Positions 34,393-42,289 of a DNA stretch of 64,000 nt are shown piece by piece. The DNA lies in IMG/VR virus record IMGVR_UViG_3300028485_000001, positions 1 to 64,000 of that record; one strand, given 5' to 3'. The position numbers and the translations under genes were made by a program. The notes beneath the pieces are model-generated. The model had not been told where the DNA came from. It ran no database searches and saw only the letters and a list, made by a program, of their open reading frames with translations. Every line of letters begins with the position of its first letter. The stretch's first letter is position 1. Source of the stretch: a virus. Lineage: Duplodnaviria > Caudoviricetes.

Positions 34393-34974
34393 ATGGCAAA
34401 CGAGGACCCGTGCTTAGTCGAGGGGTGCGAACGATCGCCCGAGAAGCGTGGCTGGTGCAACAGGCACTACAAACGCTGGCGACGGTGGGGTGACCCTCTC
34501 GGCAGTTTCCAGCCCAAGCCAGTCGAAGAACGCTTTTGGGCCAAGGTCAACAAGAACGGCGCCATGCCCGCTCAGGGCATCGCACCAGGGGCCTGCTGGG
34601 AGTGGACCGGAGCGATCACTTCTTGGGGGTACGGCCAGTTTCGCCCGGATTACCCCGACTACAAGGTCTGTTCTGTAGTGCACCGCTACTCCTACGAGCT
34701 TCATGTCGGCCCCATCCCTAACGGCTTCCAGGTCGATCACCTGTGCCGAAACCGGAAGTGCGTCAACCCGAGTCACCTGGAAGCCGTTACGCAACTGGAG
34801 AACATCCGTCGGGGTTTCAGCCAGGCCACCATCAATCGGCTCAGGACTCACTGCCCTAAGAGGCACCCATATTCCGCAGCGAACACCTACATTGCGCCCA
34901 AGGGCGGTCGGTACTGCCGGGAGTGCGCGCGTCAGCGATCCAGATTTGCCCATCAAAAGAGGAAGTCAGCATGA
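34393..34974 (+). CDS. HNH homing endonuclease (zinc-binding)
   Basis: CWEWTG..GYGQF, HR.SYE, VDHLCRNRKCVNPSHLE, N..RG and THC..H...R.CREC. Confidence 0.92.
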   Translation: MANEDPCLVEGCERSPEKRGWCNRHYKRWRRWGDPLGSFQPKPVEERFWAKVNKNGAMPAQGIAPGACWEWTGAITSWGYGQFRPDYPDYKVCSVVHRYSYELHVGPIPNGFQVDHLCRNRKCVNPSHLEAVTQLENIRRGFSQATINRLRTHCPKRHPYSAANTYIAPKGGRYCRECARQRSRFAHQKRKSA

Positions 34975-35462
34975 CCCTGCCCACCGTGACCCACACCTAC
35001 CGTCTCGCCGCCGACCCCGAGGTCAAGTTCCTCGACGATGGCAAGCCCATGGTTCGCCTGAGGCTGGCAGCGAACGCGAACCGTAAGAACGACGCTGGCC
35101 AGTGGGAGAAGACCGACGAGCTGTTCATCACCACGACTGCGTTCGGTGACCAGGCTCAGGCCATCGCTGACGCGAATCTGTCGGTGGGGCAGGAGGTGAT
35201 CGTGTCGGGTCGTCTGCGTACCCGGTCGTGGGAGCAGGACGGGCAGAAGCGGTCTGCGATCGAGATGCGGTTGGACGCGATCGGCCCGAAGATCAGCGTT
35301 CCCCGCCAGCAGCAGGGCGGCGTGGGCGGCGGTTTCGGCGGCGGTCAGTCGCAGCGGTCCTACGGCCAGCAGGGCGGCGGGTTCTCCGGCGGGCAGCAGC
35401 AGGGCGACCCGTGGGGGCAGAGCGGACAGTCCGGGTTCAACGAAGACCAGCCGCCGTTCTAG
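34971..35462 (+). CDS. ssb: Single-stranded DNA-binding protein
   Basis: OB fold (RL.ADPE...G..V.V.GRL..RSWE); Gly/Gln tail ending DQPPF. Confidence 0.92.
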   Translation: MTLPTVTHTYRLAADPEVKFLDDGKPMVRLRLAANANRKNDAGQWEKTDELFITTTAFGDQAQAIADANLSVGQEVIVSGRLRTRSWEQDGQKRSAIEMRLDAIGPKISVPRQQQGGVGGGFGGGQSQRSYGQQGGGFSGGQQQGDPWGQSGQSGFNEDQPPF

Positions 35463-35471
35463 GAGGTCATC

Positions 35472-35846
35472 ATGCCCATCCGCCCCGAGAACAAGCACAG
35501 GTACCCCAAGAACTGGCCGGACATCTCCCACCGAATCCGCTTCGACCGCGCACAGGGCCGCTGCGAGTGCACCGGCCAGTGCGGGCGCGGCACCCACGAG
35601 GGGCGCTGCCCCAACCGACACGGGGGCGACGCTTATGGCACCGGCTCCAAGGTCGTGCTCACCACGATGCACCTGGACCACACCCCGGAGAACTGCGACG
35701 ACAGCAATCTCCTCGCGGGCTGCCAGGGCTGCCACCTGCACTACGACAAGGACCACCACGCACAGACCGCGCGGGCCACTCGCGAAGCGGCGCGGCTCGC
35801 CGCTGGGGAAGTACCACTGTTCGAGCTGGACGAAGCGATCCCATGA
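35472..35846 (+). CDS. HNH-like zinc-binding phage protein
   Basis: YP.NW..IS..IR...RCE...VLT..HLDH.PENC...NL...CQ.CHL.YD. Confidence 0.75.
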   Translation: MPIRPENKHRYPKNWPDISHRIRFDRAQGRCECTGQCGRGTHEGRCPNRHGGDAYGTGSKVVLTTMHLDHTPENCDDSNLLAGCQGCHLHYDKDHHAQTARATREAARLAAGEVPLFELDEAIP

Positions 35847-36058
35847 CCGCGCTTCGTGGTTTGGACGGAGTGGGTCGGATGTACGCGGTCGTGTGCGCCA
35901 TGTGCGGCACAGACCACCGTCCCCGGCTCACCCCGCGCACCGCATCGGACGCCCGCCATCTGGCCCGGAAGGACGGGTGGCGGGCACCCACCAGCAAGGC
36001 CAAGCGAGGCCGGGGCGATCTGTGCCCCGACTGCCGGACGAAGGAGAACCATGTCTAA
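35843..36058 (+). CDS. Small zinc-finger protein
   Basis: C..C...GW...DLCPDC. Confidence 0.65.
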   Translation: MTALRGLDGVGRMYAVVCAMCGTDHRPRLTPRTASDARHLARKDGWRAPTSKAKRGRGDLCPDCRTKENHV

Positions 36059-36386
36059 CCAGCGGGCCTATGAGGCCGTGTACGCGTACATCGACAGCAT
36101 CGGCATCGCCCTACCCACGGACGCCGCCCGCCGCAACGCCATGATCTGGACGGCCGTGCAAGCAGCCCTCGAAGCAGACGAGCAGACCGAAGCGGTGAAC
36201 ACCGTGGCGCGCATTCGGCAGATCCACCAGCCCGACCCGAACCCACGCAGCGGATGGAACGCCGACGACAGTGCCCCTTCCGAATACGGCACCATCGAAC
36301 GCGCCTGCCGCGAGTGCGGGGCTACCGACATGGCGGTGCCGTGGCCCTGCCCGACCCTGCGCGCGCTGGGAGGCGACGATGCCTGA
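36051..36386 (+). CDS. Hypothetical protein
   Basis: C..C...WPCPT. Confidence 0.7.
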   Translation: MSNQRAYEAVYAYIDSIGIALPTDAARRNAMIWTAVQAALEADEQTEAVNTVARIRQIHQPDPNPRSGWNADDSAPSEYGTIERACRECGATDMAVPWPCPTLRALGGDDA

Positions 36387-36972
36387 CACCCTGACCCGCC
36401 TCGCGGACGCCCTGCACGCTGAGCTGTGCCGACAGCACGACGTGCAGCCCGAGGGGCACAGCCTCACCGGGGACTACGCGGCGCTGGGAGATGATGCGGC
36501 CAAGCTCGCGGAGATAGCGCAGCCGTACCTCGACGCCGCATGGGAAGCAGGCCGCAAGCACGGGCTACGGCAGGCGCGGAAGCCCCACGACGGGCGGGTG
36601 AAGCAGCTCGAAGAGGAGATCGAGGGCGCGCTCGCGCTGGAGGAAGCCACCGGGCGTGCGTGGGCGCTCCAGTGTCTCCGAGTGCGGGACCTCGAAGAAC
36701 AGGTCCGAGACCTCGAAGCAGAGGTGGAGCGACTGCAACTCGAAGCCAAGGGTGCCGACTGCGCGCGGGAGCTCGCGCAGCAGCGGGAGCAGGATGCGCG
36801 GTGGCTGCTCGATCGCGCCACCGAGTTCGTCGTCCACGGCCCGCGCGGACCGGTTGTCGTGCGATGCGGCGAGTTCTCCAACTGGACCACGGCGAGTCAC
36901 CAGAGCGGCCGGGAGGAGCATCCCGACCGTGCCGCGGCCCTGGCGCGGGCGCGGGAGATCGCGGGGGAGTGA
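36379..36972 (+). CDS. Hypothetical coiled-coil protein
   Basis: GGAGG RBS. Confidence 0.7.
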   Translation: MPDTLTRLADALHAELCRQHDVQPEGHSLTGDYAALGDDAAKLAEIAQPYLDAAWEAGRKHGLRQARKPHDGRVKQLEEEIEGALALEEATGRAWALQCLRVRDLEEQVRDLEAEVERLQLEAKGADCARELAQQREQDARWLLDRATEFVVHGPRGPVVVRCGEFSNWTTASHQSGREEHPDRAAALARAREIAGE

Positions 36973-37015
36973 CGAAGGGCGGCCCGCTCCCGCCCCTCCC
37001 ACGAGAAGATGAGAC

Positions 37016-37681
37016 ATGGAAACTCACCAACTTGTGATATCCGGCATTCAGATCGCCGTGACCATCGTCGCCCTGTTCGCCCCTTGGATTGCGGCTCGTG
37101 CCGTCTACAAGAAGCTGGAGCCAGAGCTTCGGCTTCTTCATCTGCAAGGCGAGCAGCTTGAGGCAGAGGAGCGAGAGCGCAGAAAGACGAAGACTCTTGG
37201 GGTCACTGCTCACATCTGGCAGATGCCCTACGACACAGGCTGTGACAGCTATAACACGGCGGACCAGTACTTCCGAATCATGATGAGTGAACTGCTTCCC
37301 CAGTGCGATCATGCCGAGAAAGCTTTAGTGGTGGAGGTTCGCAACACAGGGGAAGCGCCGGTCGCTCAAGTTCTTGTCAGCGCTGGCTCACGGAACGCGG
37401 AGTCCTCCTTGCGCGGGCCTGACTACGATGAACTGCGGAACTCAGCTTGCGACCCTCGTGTTTCTGACGTCAGAATTCCTCCCCTTGGCAAGGTCGCTTT
37501 TGCCTTCGAGAGTCTCGAAGCACACCGTGATGCGGAGCAAGTAGCAGTCCACTTCACCGACGAAAGCGGCTACAGGTGGACCAAGGATCTTCACGGAGTA
37601 GTGGCTCAAGAACACAGCACGGCGGCTGAACGTTCGCCGTGGCACAAGCGAATGATTCCCCGTGTGACATGGGATCGGTGA
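37016..37681 (+). CDS. Membrane-anchored accessory protein with atypical (lower-GC) codon usage
   Basis: N-terminal TM helix; many A/T third positions. Confidence 0.7.
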   Translation: METHQLVISGIQIAVTIVALFAPWIAARAVYKKLEPELRLLHLQGEQLEAEERERRKTKTLGVTAHIWQMPYDTGCDSYNTADQYFRIMMSELLPQCDHAEKALVVEVRNTGEAPVAQVLVSAGSRNAESSLRGPDYDELRNSACDPRVSDVRIPPLGKVAFAFESLEAHRDAEQVAVHFTDESGYRWTKDLHGVVAQEHSTAAERSPWHKRMIPRVTWDR

Positions 37682-37744
37682 TGTGCTTCCGTCATGAGAC
37701 CTGGTCGAACAGGGGTACCATCCCCGAAAGCCAAGGGAGGGCTC

Positions 37745-37855
37745 GTGATCATCGCTCTACGCATCCTCGGCACCGAGGTGTTCGGGTTCTCCGACGGTTC
37801 GCACACTCACCTGGAGACCGACTACCGGGACACCAGCGAGGAAGTCCAGGTGTGA
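37745..37855 (+). CDS. Small ORF (36 aa)
   Basis: AGGGAGG RBS; overlaps next gene. Confidence 0.45.
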   Translation: MIIALRILGTEVFGFSDGSHTHLETDYRDTSEEVQV

Positions 37856-38049
37856 GCACAGTGGGTACAGCGCTTCGGATCGTCGCCTTCGCGATTCTTA
37901 TCGTGCCGATCATGGTGCACATGGAGGGGCCTGCCCAATGGGGTGCGGCTGCTGCTCTCTTCCTGGCACTCGCGGGCGTGGGAGCTTACGTGGACCGGTG
38001 GGTCGCACGAAAGAAGGGCCACCAGACAGAGCCAAGGGAGGCACCGTGA
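37852..38049 (+). CDS. Small membrane protein
   Basis: Two TM helices. Confidence 0.6.
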   Translation: MSTVGTALRIVAFAILIVPIMVHMEGPAQWGAAAALFLALAGVGAYVDRWVARKKGHQTEPREAP

Positions 38050-38219
38050 GCGCGAAAGCGGCCTACTGGCAGCACGGCGAGAAGGTCGAAGAGCTCTTCG
38101 CTGACCACGAAGCGGCTCACGGACACATGATTGACCTGTGGGCCGAGGGTGAGTGCTCACCCGTCGCTGTCGTCCATGAGGACGGCACTCGCCAGGAGTG
38201 GGGGACCCGTGACCGCTGA
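38046..38219 (+). CDS. Small hypothetical protein
   Basis: GGGAGG RBS. Confidence 0.6.
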   Translation: MSAKAAYWQHGEKVEELFADHEAAHGHMIDLWAEGECSPVAVVHEDGTRQEWGTRDR

Positions 38220-38940
38220 GATCGGCGCGCAGACCACCCCCGCTCAGCAGCTCGACGCGATTGAGCAGCAGGCCGACGAGGAGATCCAGGCGATCATCAC
38301 TGCTGCGGTCGCGGCTGGCCTGTCGGGCGCGGCGATCCTCGCGGTGTTGGCGGCGCTCACGAGCGCGGTGTCAGCGGCGGCTCAGCGGGGGTTCACGGTG
38401 GGCGCTCAGATCGTCCTACAGGGGTCGGCGGGCAGGCGTGCACGGATGCGTCAGCTCACCGTGGAGCCGCTGCCTACGTCGATTGAGGCGGACGTCCGGG
38501 CGGTCGTGGAGGACGTCGCGAGGCGCATTGATGCCGCCATCGCGGGGGAAGCGCCCGACACCCAGACCGCGCCCGTCACGCCGTCGCCTGCGGCCGTGGA
38601 GTTGGTCCGGTTCCGGCGGCGGGTGACCGGGCTCGCGATCACGAAGATCCACCAAGCGACCAGCTCCGCCACCTACTCCTACGCCCGCTGGTTGGGAGTG
38701 GATCTGGTGTGGGTGACCCGCCGCGACGGCAGGGCGTGTGCGGTGTGCACGACCATGAACGGGCGGCGCGCGGCGGCGGGGGAGCGGTTCGAGTTGCCTC
38801 GTGGTCGCGGCATCCCCCGAACACTCTGGGCGGGGTTCCAGGGATTGCCCCCGGCGCACCCTCGGTGCAGGTGTAGGCCAATTCCGAGGGCATCACAGAA
38901 CGGGCAGGGGCCGCCATCACTTTCCCAGGTGGAAAAGTGA
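38209..38940 (+). CDS. MuF/SPP1 gp7-like head morphogenesis domain protein
   Basis: W.TRRDGRACAVC..MNG...PPAHPRCRC. Confidence 0.75.
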   Translation: MTAEIGAQTTPAQQLDAIEQQADEEIQAIITAAVAAGLSGAAILAVLAALTSAVSAAAQRGFTVGAQIVLQGSAGRRARMRQLTVEPLPTSIEADVRAVVEDVARRIDAAIAGEAPDTQTAPVTPSPAAVELVRFRRRVTGLAITKIHQATSSATYSYARWLGVDLVWVTRRDGRACAVCTTMNGRRAAAGERFELPRGRGIPRTLWAGFQGLPPAHPRCRCRPIPRASQNGQGPPSLSQVEK

Positions 38941-39080
38941 TGTTCTGCCTGTTCAGCGCCCTGCACGAGAGTCAGTTGACATGACGAGAGGGCCCGCATC
39001 CCCCGATGGCAGGCCCTCCCCATTCCCCCGTAGAAGCTTCGCTCCCACTGGTCACATAGTACGCCGACCGGGGAGATTCC

Positions 39081-39881
39081 ATGACGTACCACCTGCTGTG
39101 CCGATGCTGCGACTCCGAGATGGACTTCGGCGTCGTCTGCCAGACGTGTGTGGGCGGGATGATGGCGGACCTGAGGGCGCTGTGGGCTACGGGCGACCTG
39201 CACGGGCTCGACGTGGACCTCGACATCGCGATCGCGAAGCAGAGCCGCTTCGGTGGCGGTGGAGGCGGGCGCGGCGGCGGCGACGAAATCCCCATGCTCA
39301 TCGATGACAAGGCGTCCGACGTGCGAATCTACCTGCGTTCGATGCTGTCCACCTGGTGCCGAGTCATCCTCGACCAGAGCGGCGGAACACCGCCTGCGGA
39401 CACCATCCCCGCCATGGCGCAGTGGCTCCACGGGCAGGGCGTCATCATCCGGTCCGCCGAGTGGGGCGACGAGTGCGTCACCCAGATCCGGTACACGGTG
39501 CGGGAGGTGCGCAGGTGTGTGGACCGGCCAGCGGAACGCATCTACGCGGGGGAGTGCCCGGACTGCGGAGGGAAGATCTACGGGCTCGCGGGGGCGCCGA
39601 GGGCGTGGTGCCGCACGGACGGGTGCGACGGGGAGATCGAAGACCCCGAAGCGCGGCGGGACGCGGCAGTCAAGGCGGCTGTGGCAGCAGCACCGGAACG
39701 ACTCGTGACCGCAGCTGAGGCGTCCATGGCGTCGCGCGCGCTCGGGAAGCAGATCAGCGACAGGTACGTCCGGAAGCTCGCCGCTGAGGGGAAGATCGTG
39801 GCCGTGCCCGGGTCGAAGCCGGCGAAGTATCCCCTCGGGCAGATCATGGCTTTCCTCGATCGGAAGAAGACGGCGGCTTGA
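39081..39881 (+). CDS. Zinc-ribbon/HTH protein, possible late-gene regulator
   Basis: DRP...Y.G.CP.C...C...C and C-terminal HTH-like segment; last gene of the early arm. Confidence 0.65.
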   Translation: MTYHLLCRCCDSEMDFGVVCQTCVGGMMADLRALWATGDLHGLDVDLDIAIAKQSRFGGGGGGRGGGDEIPMLIDDKASDVRIYLRSMLSTWCRVILDQSGGTPPADTIPAMAQWLHGQGVIIRSAEWGDECVTQIRYTVREVRRCVDRPAERIYAGECPDCGGKIYGLAGAPRAWCRTDGCDGEIEDPEARRDAAVKAAVAAAPERLVTAAEASMASRALGKQISDRYVRKLAAEGKIVAVPGSKPAKYPLGQIMAFLDRKKTAA

Positions 39882-39894
39882 GGGCATGACGAAT

Positions 39895-39918
39895 CGCCCC
39901 CTCCTTCGGGAGGGGGCG
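39895..39918. terminator. Bidirectional terminator with TTCG loop
   Basis: CGCCCCCTCC-TTCG-GGAGGGGGCG between the convergent arms. Confidence 0.9.
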
Positions 39919-39930
39919 TCGTTGTGTTCG

Positions 39931-40284
39931 TCAGGCGGCGAGGTCGTGCTTCGCGACCGGGGACACCTGCGAGCGGGTCTGGTGCGCCAGCAGGGCCACG
40001 ATCAGCGCGTTGATGGACGCCACTAGGGTCGCGTCCAGGTCGAGCCCGTAGTAGCCGAGCAGGGGCGCGACCGTGGTCACGACGGCGGTGAACGCGGCCG
40101 GGGTGACGGGTCGGACCATGACGGCCTGGACCGCGCCGAACACAGCGCCGAGGCAGGCGACGATCAGCGGGACGGCGGCTTCGGTCAGGTGGGGTACGGA
40201 CAGGGCTACTCCGACGAGGAGCGCGGCCTGGACGATGGACAGGATCTCGACCGGTTCGCGGCCGAACAAGGTCAGGGGCTTCAT
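39931..40284 (-). CDS. Holin
   Basis: FGREP N-terminus; TM helices; R.QVSP C-terminus; follows endolysin. Confidence 0.8.
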   Translation of the reverse strand: MKPLTLFGREPVEILSIVQAALLVGVALSVPHLTEAAVPLIVACLGAVFGAVQAVMVRPVTPAAFTAVVTTVAPLLGYYGLDLDATLVASINALIVALLAHQTRSQVSPVAKHDLAA

Positions 40285-40332
40285 GGGTCTCTCTTCGCGG
40301 TGGGTGGGGTTACAGCCAGGACCAGCCGTTGC

Positions 40333-41199
40333 TCACGTGATCACCGCCTCCCAGGCGGCCTTCCAGGTCGCGGCCCCGATCAGGCCGTCGACGCTGAGCC
40401 GCTTCTCCGACTGGAAGGTGCGGGCGACGAGCTTGGTCTGGTCCCCGTACAGGCCGTCCACGGTGATGACCCACCCGCGGTCACGCATCCGCTGCTGCCA
40501 GCGCTTGAGGTCGGCGCGGTGGGAGTAGTAGCCGGACACGCTGTAGGCCGGGCCGCTCTTGGGTCCGAAGTAGTGGCCGGACCGGAGCGGGAACGCGGGC
40601 GCCTTGCTTGTGGGCGGCTTGGGCTTCGGCGCGGGCGCCGGGGTCGGCTTGGTGGGCTTGGGGGCGCTCGGGGTGTCGCCCCCCCACTTCGCGGCCTTGC
40701 GGAACGTGCCGTCCTTCACCATCTTGTAGGCGCGGTCGCCGGGGCAGCTCGTGGCGATGAAGTCGCGGTGGCCGAGGACCTTCCCGCTGATCGACGACGC
40801 GGGTTCCATGAGCCACTCGCGGAGCTGGCGGACGGCGTTGATCTGCGCGTCCGTGACCTTGTCCTTGGGGCCCGTCATCAGCGTCACGCTGTAGTAGGTG
40901 CTGTTCCCACCGGGCTGGGCGGCCTGCGTCTTGAACAGGCCGCGCCCTTCCATGACGTAGCCGTGGCTGCAACATCCCCAGCTGTACCCGATGTCGGCCC
41001 AGCCGCGGGAGGGCCCGGTGTGGAAGCCGCGGGTTCTCTTCCAGTAGGCGACGCACGCGCTGTGGGCCTTGCTGGCGAGGTTCTGGTCTGAGCTGTCGTA
41101 GTGGATGACGAGCCCGGACTTGGGGTTCGCGGACGACGCGGGGCTGTTCTTGGACCAGCCGAAGTCGCTGCGCCACTGGAGCTTGTCGGGTTCGGGCAT
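40333..41199 (-). CDS. Endolysin: amidase_2 plus peptidoglycan-binding domain
   Basis: VIHY, GWADIGY, EGRG, HRD..TSCPG; VDG.YG..T....FQ....VDG..G..TW. Confidence 0.92.
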   Translation of the reverse strand: MPEPDKLQWRSDFGWSKNSPASSANPKSGLVIHYDSSDQNLASKAHSACVAYWKRTRGFHTGPSRGWADIGYSWGCCSHGYVMEGRGLFKTQAAQPGGNSTYYSVTLMTGPKDKVTDAQINAVRQLREWLMEPASSISGKVLGHRDFIATSCPGDRAYKMVKDGTFRKAAKWGGDTPSAPKPTKPTPAPAPKPKPPTSKAPAFPLRSGHYFGPKSGPAYSVSGYYSHRADLKRWQQRMRDRGWVITVDGLYGDQTKLVARTFQSEKRLSVDGLIGAATWKAAWEAVIT

Positions 41200-41220
41200 G
41201 GTGCCTCCTGGCATGCGAAA

Positions 41221-41239
41221 GCCCCGGCAGAACCGGGGC
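41221..41239 (-). terminator. Hairpin just upstream of the endolysin
   Basis: GCCCCGG-N5-CCGGGGC followed by TTTC on the minus strand. Confidence 0.6.
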
Positions 41240-41257
41240 AAATGTGGAGAAATCGGG

Positions 41258-41560
41258 TTAGGGCTTCGCGCGCGCCCGGTGCTTGGGGCGGCGCACCTTG
41301 CGGTGCAGCACCCACCCGCTCGCGAGCACCACGGTGGCAGCCCCGTACACGAGTAGCCGCGCCACCTCGTGCATGAAGAAGTCGCCCGCCCACACACGGA
41401 CGGCGACCAGGGCGGAGATCAGCACCACGGCGGCCAGGGCCGCCATGACGACCCGCCCGCCCGGGTTGGTCCACCAGCGCACCCCCATGGCGTAGTCGAG
41501 GGTGAAGCCAAGCGCCAGCAGCGCCAGCAAGGTCACGGCCACGTTTCCTGCCTCATACAT
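41258..41560 (-). CDS. Membrane protein (holin-like)
   Basis: Three TM helices; WW.NP.GR. Confidence 0.7.
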   Translation of the reverse strand: MYEAGNVAVTLLALLALGFTLDYAMGVRWWTNPGGRVVMAALAAVVLISALVAVRVWAGDFFMHEVARLLVYGAATVVLASGWVLHRKVRRPKHRARAKP

Positions 41561-41777
41561 CAGCCCCTCCCTCGCCCGTCAGGGCTTGCCAGATCATCGG
41601 GCCGAAGTTGTTCTCGGTGCGCTGTCGTCGGAGTCGGGCGACGATGTCGCGCACCTGCTTGTCTACTTCTGCGGTCCGGGCGGTGTCGGCGTCTGCGTCC
41701 TCTCGTGCCTGTGCGAGGTCGGCGCGGGACACAGGCGGAGGGTCGAATCGGTGGCGGAGCTTGCGGCACCACTTCAT
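41553..41777 (-). CDS. Hypothetical protein
   Basis: RR...N.FGPMI motif; overlaps neighbours. Confidence 0.65.
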   Translation of the reverse strand: MKWCRKLRHRFDPPPVSRADLAQAREDADADTARTAEVDKQVRDIVARLRRQRTENNFGPMIWQALTGEGGADV

Positions 41778-42073
41778 GCGTCGTCCTCCCCCGGGCCCTC
41801 TTTGGCGATGCGGCGGATCTCCTCCAGGACGTGCGCGGATGTCCGCCCGATCTCAACGAACTCGCCTAGTTGCTCGCCTTTCCGGCGGCTGTCCGCTCGT
41901 GCTTCGTCGAGGAGTGCTTTGAGCTCCGCGATGCGTTCGTCCCGGCCTGCGAGGAGTTTCGCGACTGTCCCCGATGGCATGAGGCGGCCGGTGAAGACGA
42001 GGACGGCGACGAAGCTGAGGAGTCCTAGGGCGCCGCCGGTTGGGCCTGTGAGTAGCTCAGGCAGCGCGTCCAA
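41774..42073 (-). CDS. Membrane/coiled-coil protein (lysis region)
   Basis: One TM helix plus coiled coil. Confidence 0.7.
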   Translation of the reverse strand: MDALPELLTGPTGGALGLLSFVAVLVFTGRLMPSGTVAKLLAGRDERIAELKALLDEARADSRRKGEQLGEFVEIGRTSAHVLEEIRRIAKEGPGEDDA

Positions 42074-42083
42074 TCGGTTCTCC

Positions 42084-42281
42084 TTACTCTCCGGGCTGGA
42101 GCGGCGGGGGCGGGGGTTCGTTCGAGTAGTCGTCGCCCTCGCCGGGGGGCGTGTCCGGGGACGGGTCCGGCAGTGCGGGCCCGGGGTCGGACGGAGCAGG
42201 GTCCGGGGTGGGGTCGGTCGGCGGAAGGACGATGGTCGGCGGGTTCTCCGGCGGTGTGGGGTCGTGCGGTTCAGTGGTCAC
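42084..42281 (-). CDS. Proline-rich small protein
   Basis: AGGAGG RBS before GTG; P/D/T-rich. Confidence 0.55.
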   Translation of the reverse strand: MTTEPHDPTPPENPPTIVLPPTDPTPDPAPSDPGPALPDPSPDTPPGEGDDYSNEPPPPPLQPGE

Positions 42282-42289
42282 GGGTCCTC

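Noticed and set aside
34178-34970. Group I intron splitting ssb
   Set aside because: The downstream ssb is complete from its own start rather than a 3' exon, and I see no intron core elements
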